Shown: positions 63,987 to 64,000 of the stretch, one piece after another | Numbering within the stretch: the stretch's first letter is position 1 | How the letters are laid out: each line of letters starts with the position of its first letter | Origin: a virus | DNA: 64,000 bases | Direction: 5' to 3' (one strand) | Virus record (IMG/VR): IMGVR_UViG_3300048088_000336 | Coordinates: 15,463-79,462 of that record | The notes under the pieces: generated by a model | Told to the model about the DNA's origin: nothing | The model's input: the letters and a program-made list of their open reading frames with translations, nothing else | Databases searched by the model: none | Position numbers and translations under genes: made by a program

Positions 63987-64000
63987 GCAACGCGCGAATC

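Overview
The whole window looks like part of a high-GC actinobacterial tailed phage genome with a contractile tail. No host housekeeping genes, integrase, portal or DNA polymerase were recognised in it. The + strand arm (1-39363) carries the 3' part of a giant DarB-like SF2 helicase gene and an HK97-fold major capsid. An accessory insert follows (DUF2786 protein, Rpf-LysM muralytic enzyme, class F sortase with an adjacent putative substrate, YdjM-like hydrolase). After it come head-tail genes with an inserted HIT hydrolase, sheath, tube, a frameshifted chaperone, tape measure, a CIS-like baseplate, tail fibre, a membrane-protein-rich lysis cassette with a GH25-like endolysin, and a second fibre-like module. 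The - strand arm (39353-63986) carries an HTH protein, terminase large subunit, VRR-NUC, two tandem UvrD-like helicases, many small Cys-rich ORFs, MazG-like, PD-(D/E)XK, RapZ-CTD-like, primase, SSB-like, DnaQ-like and SNF2 genes. The most notable observations are four. (1) A phage-borne cell-envelope cassette: sortase F plus an anchorless substrate, divergent from Rpf. (2) Two distinct repeated promoter architectures: seven copies of an extended -10 with invariant GTTCCG at the predicted start site, and about seven late promoters with a GCGTGTC (WhiA-box-like) element 26-28 nt upstream of the -10. (3) An unannotated 28-aa cationic amphipathic peptide just before the endolysin. (4) Several long intergenic hairpins that may be structured RNAs. 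All calls come from motif recognition by eye; no database searches were run.
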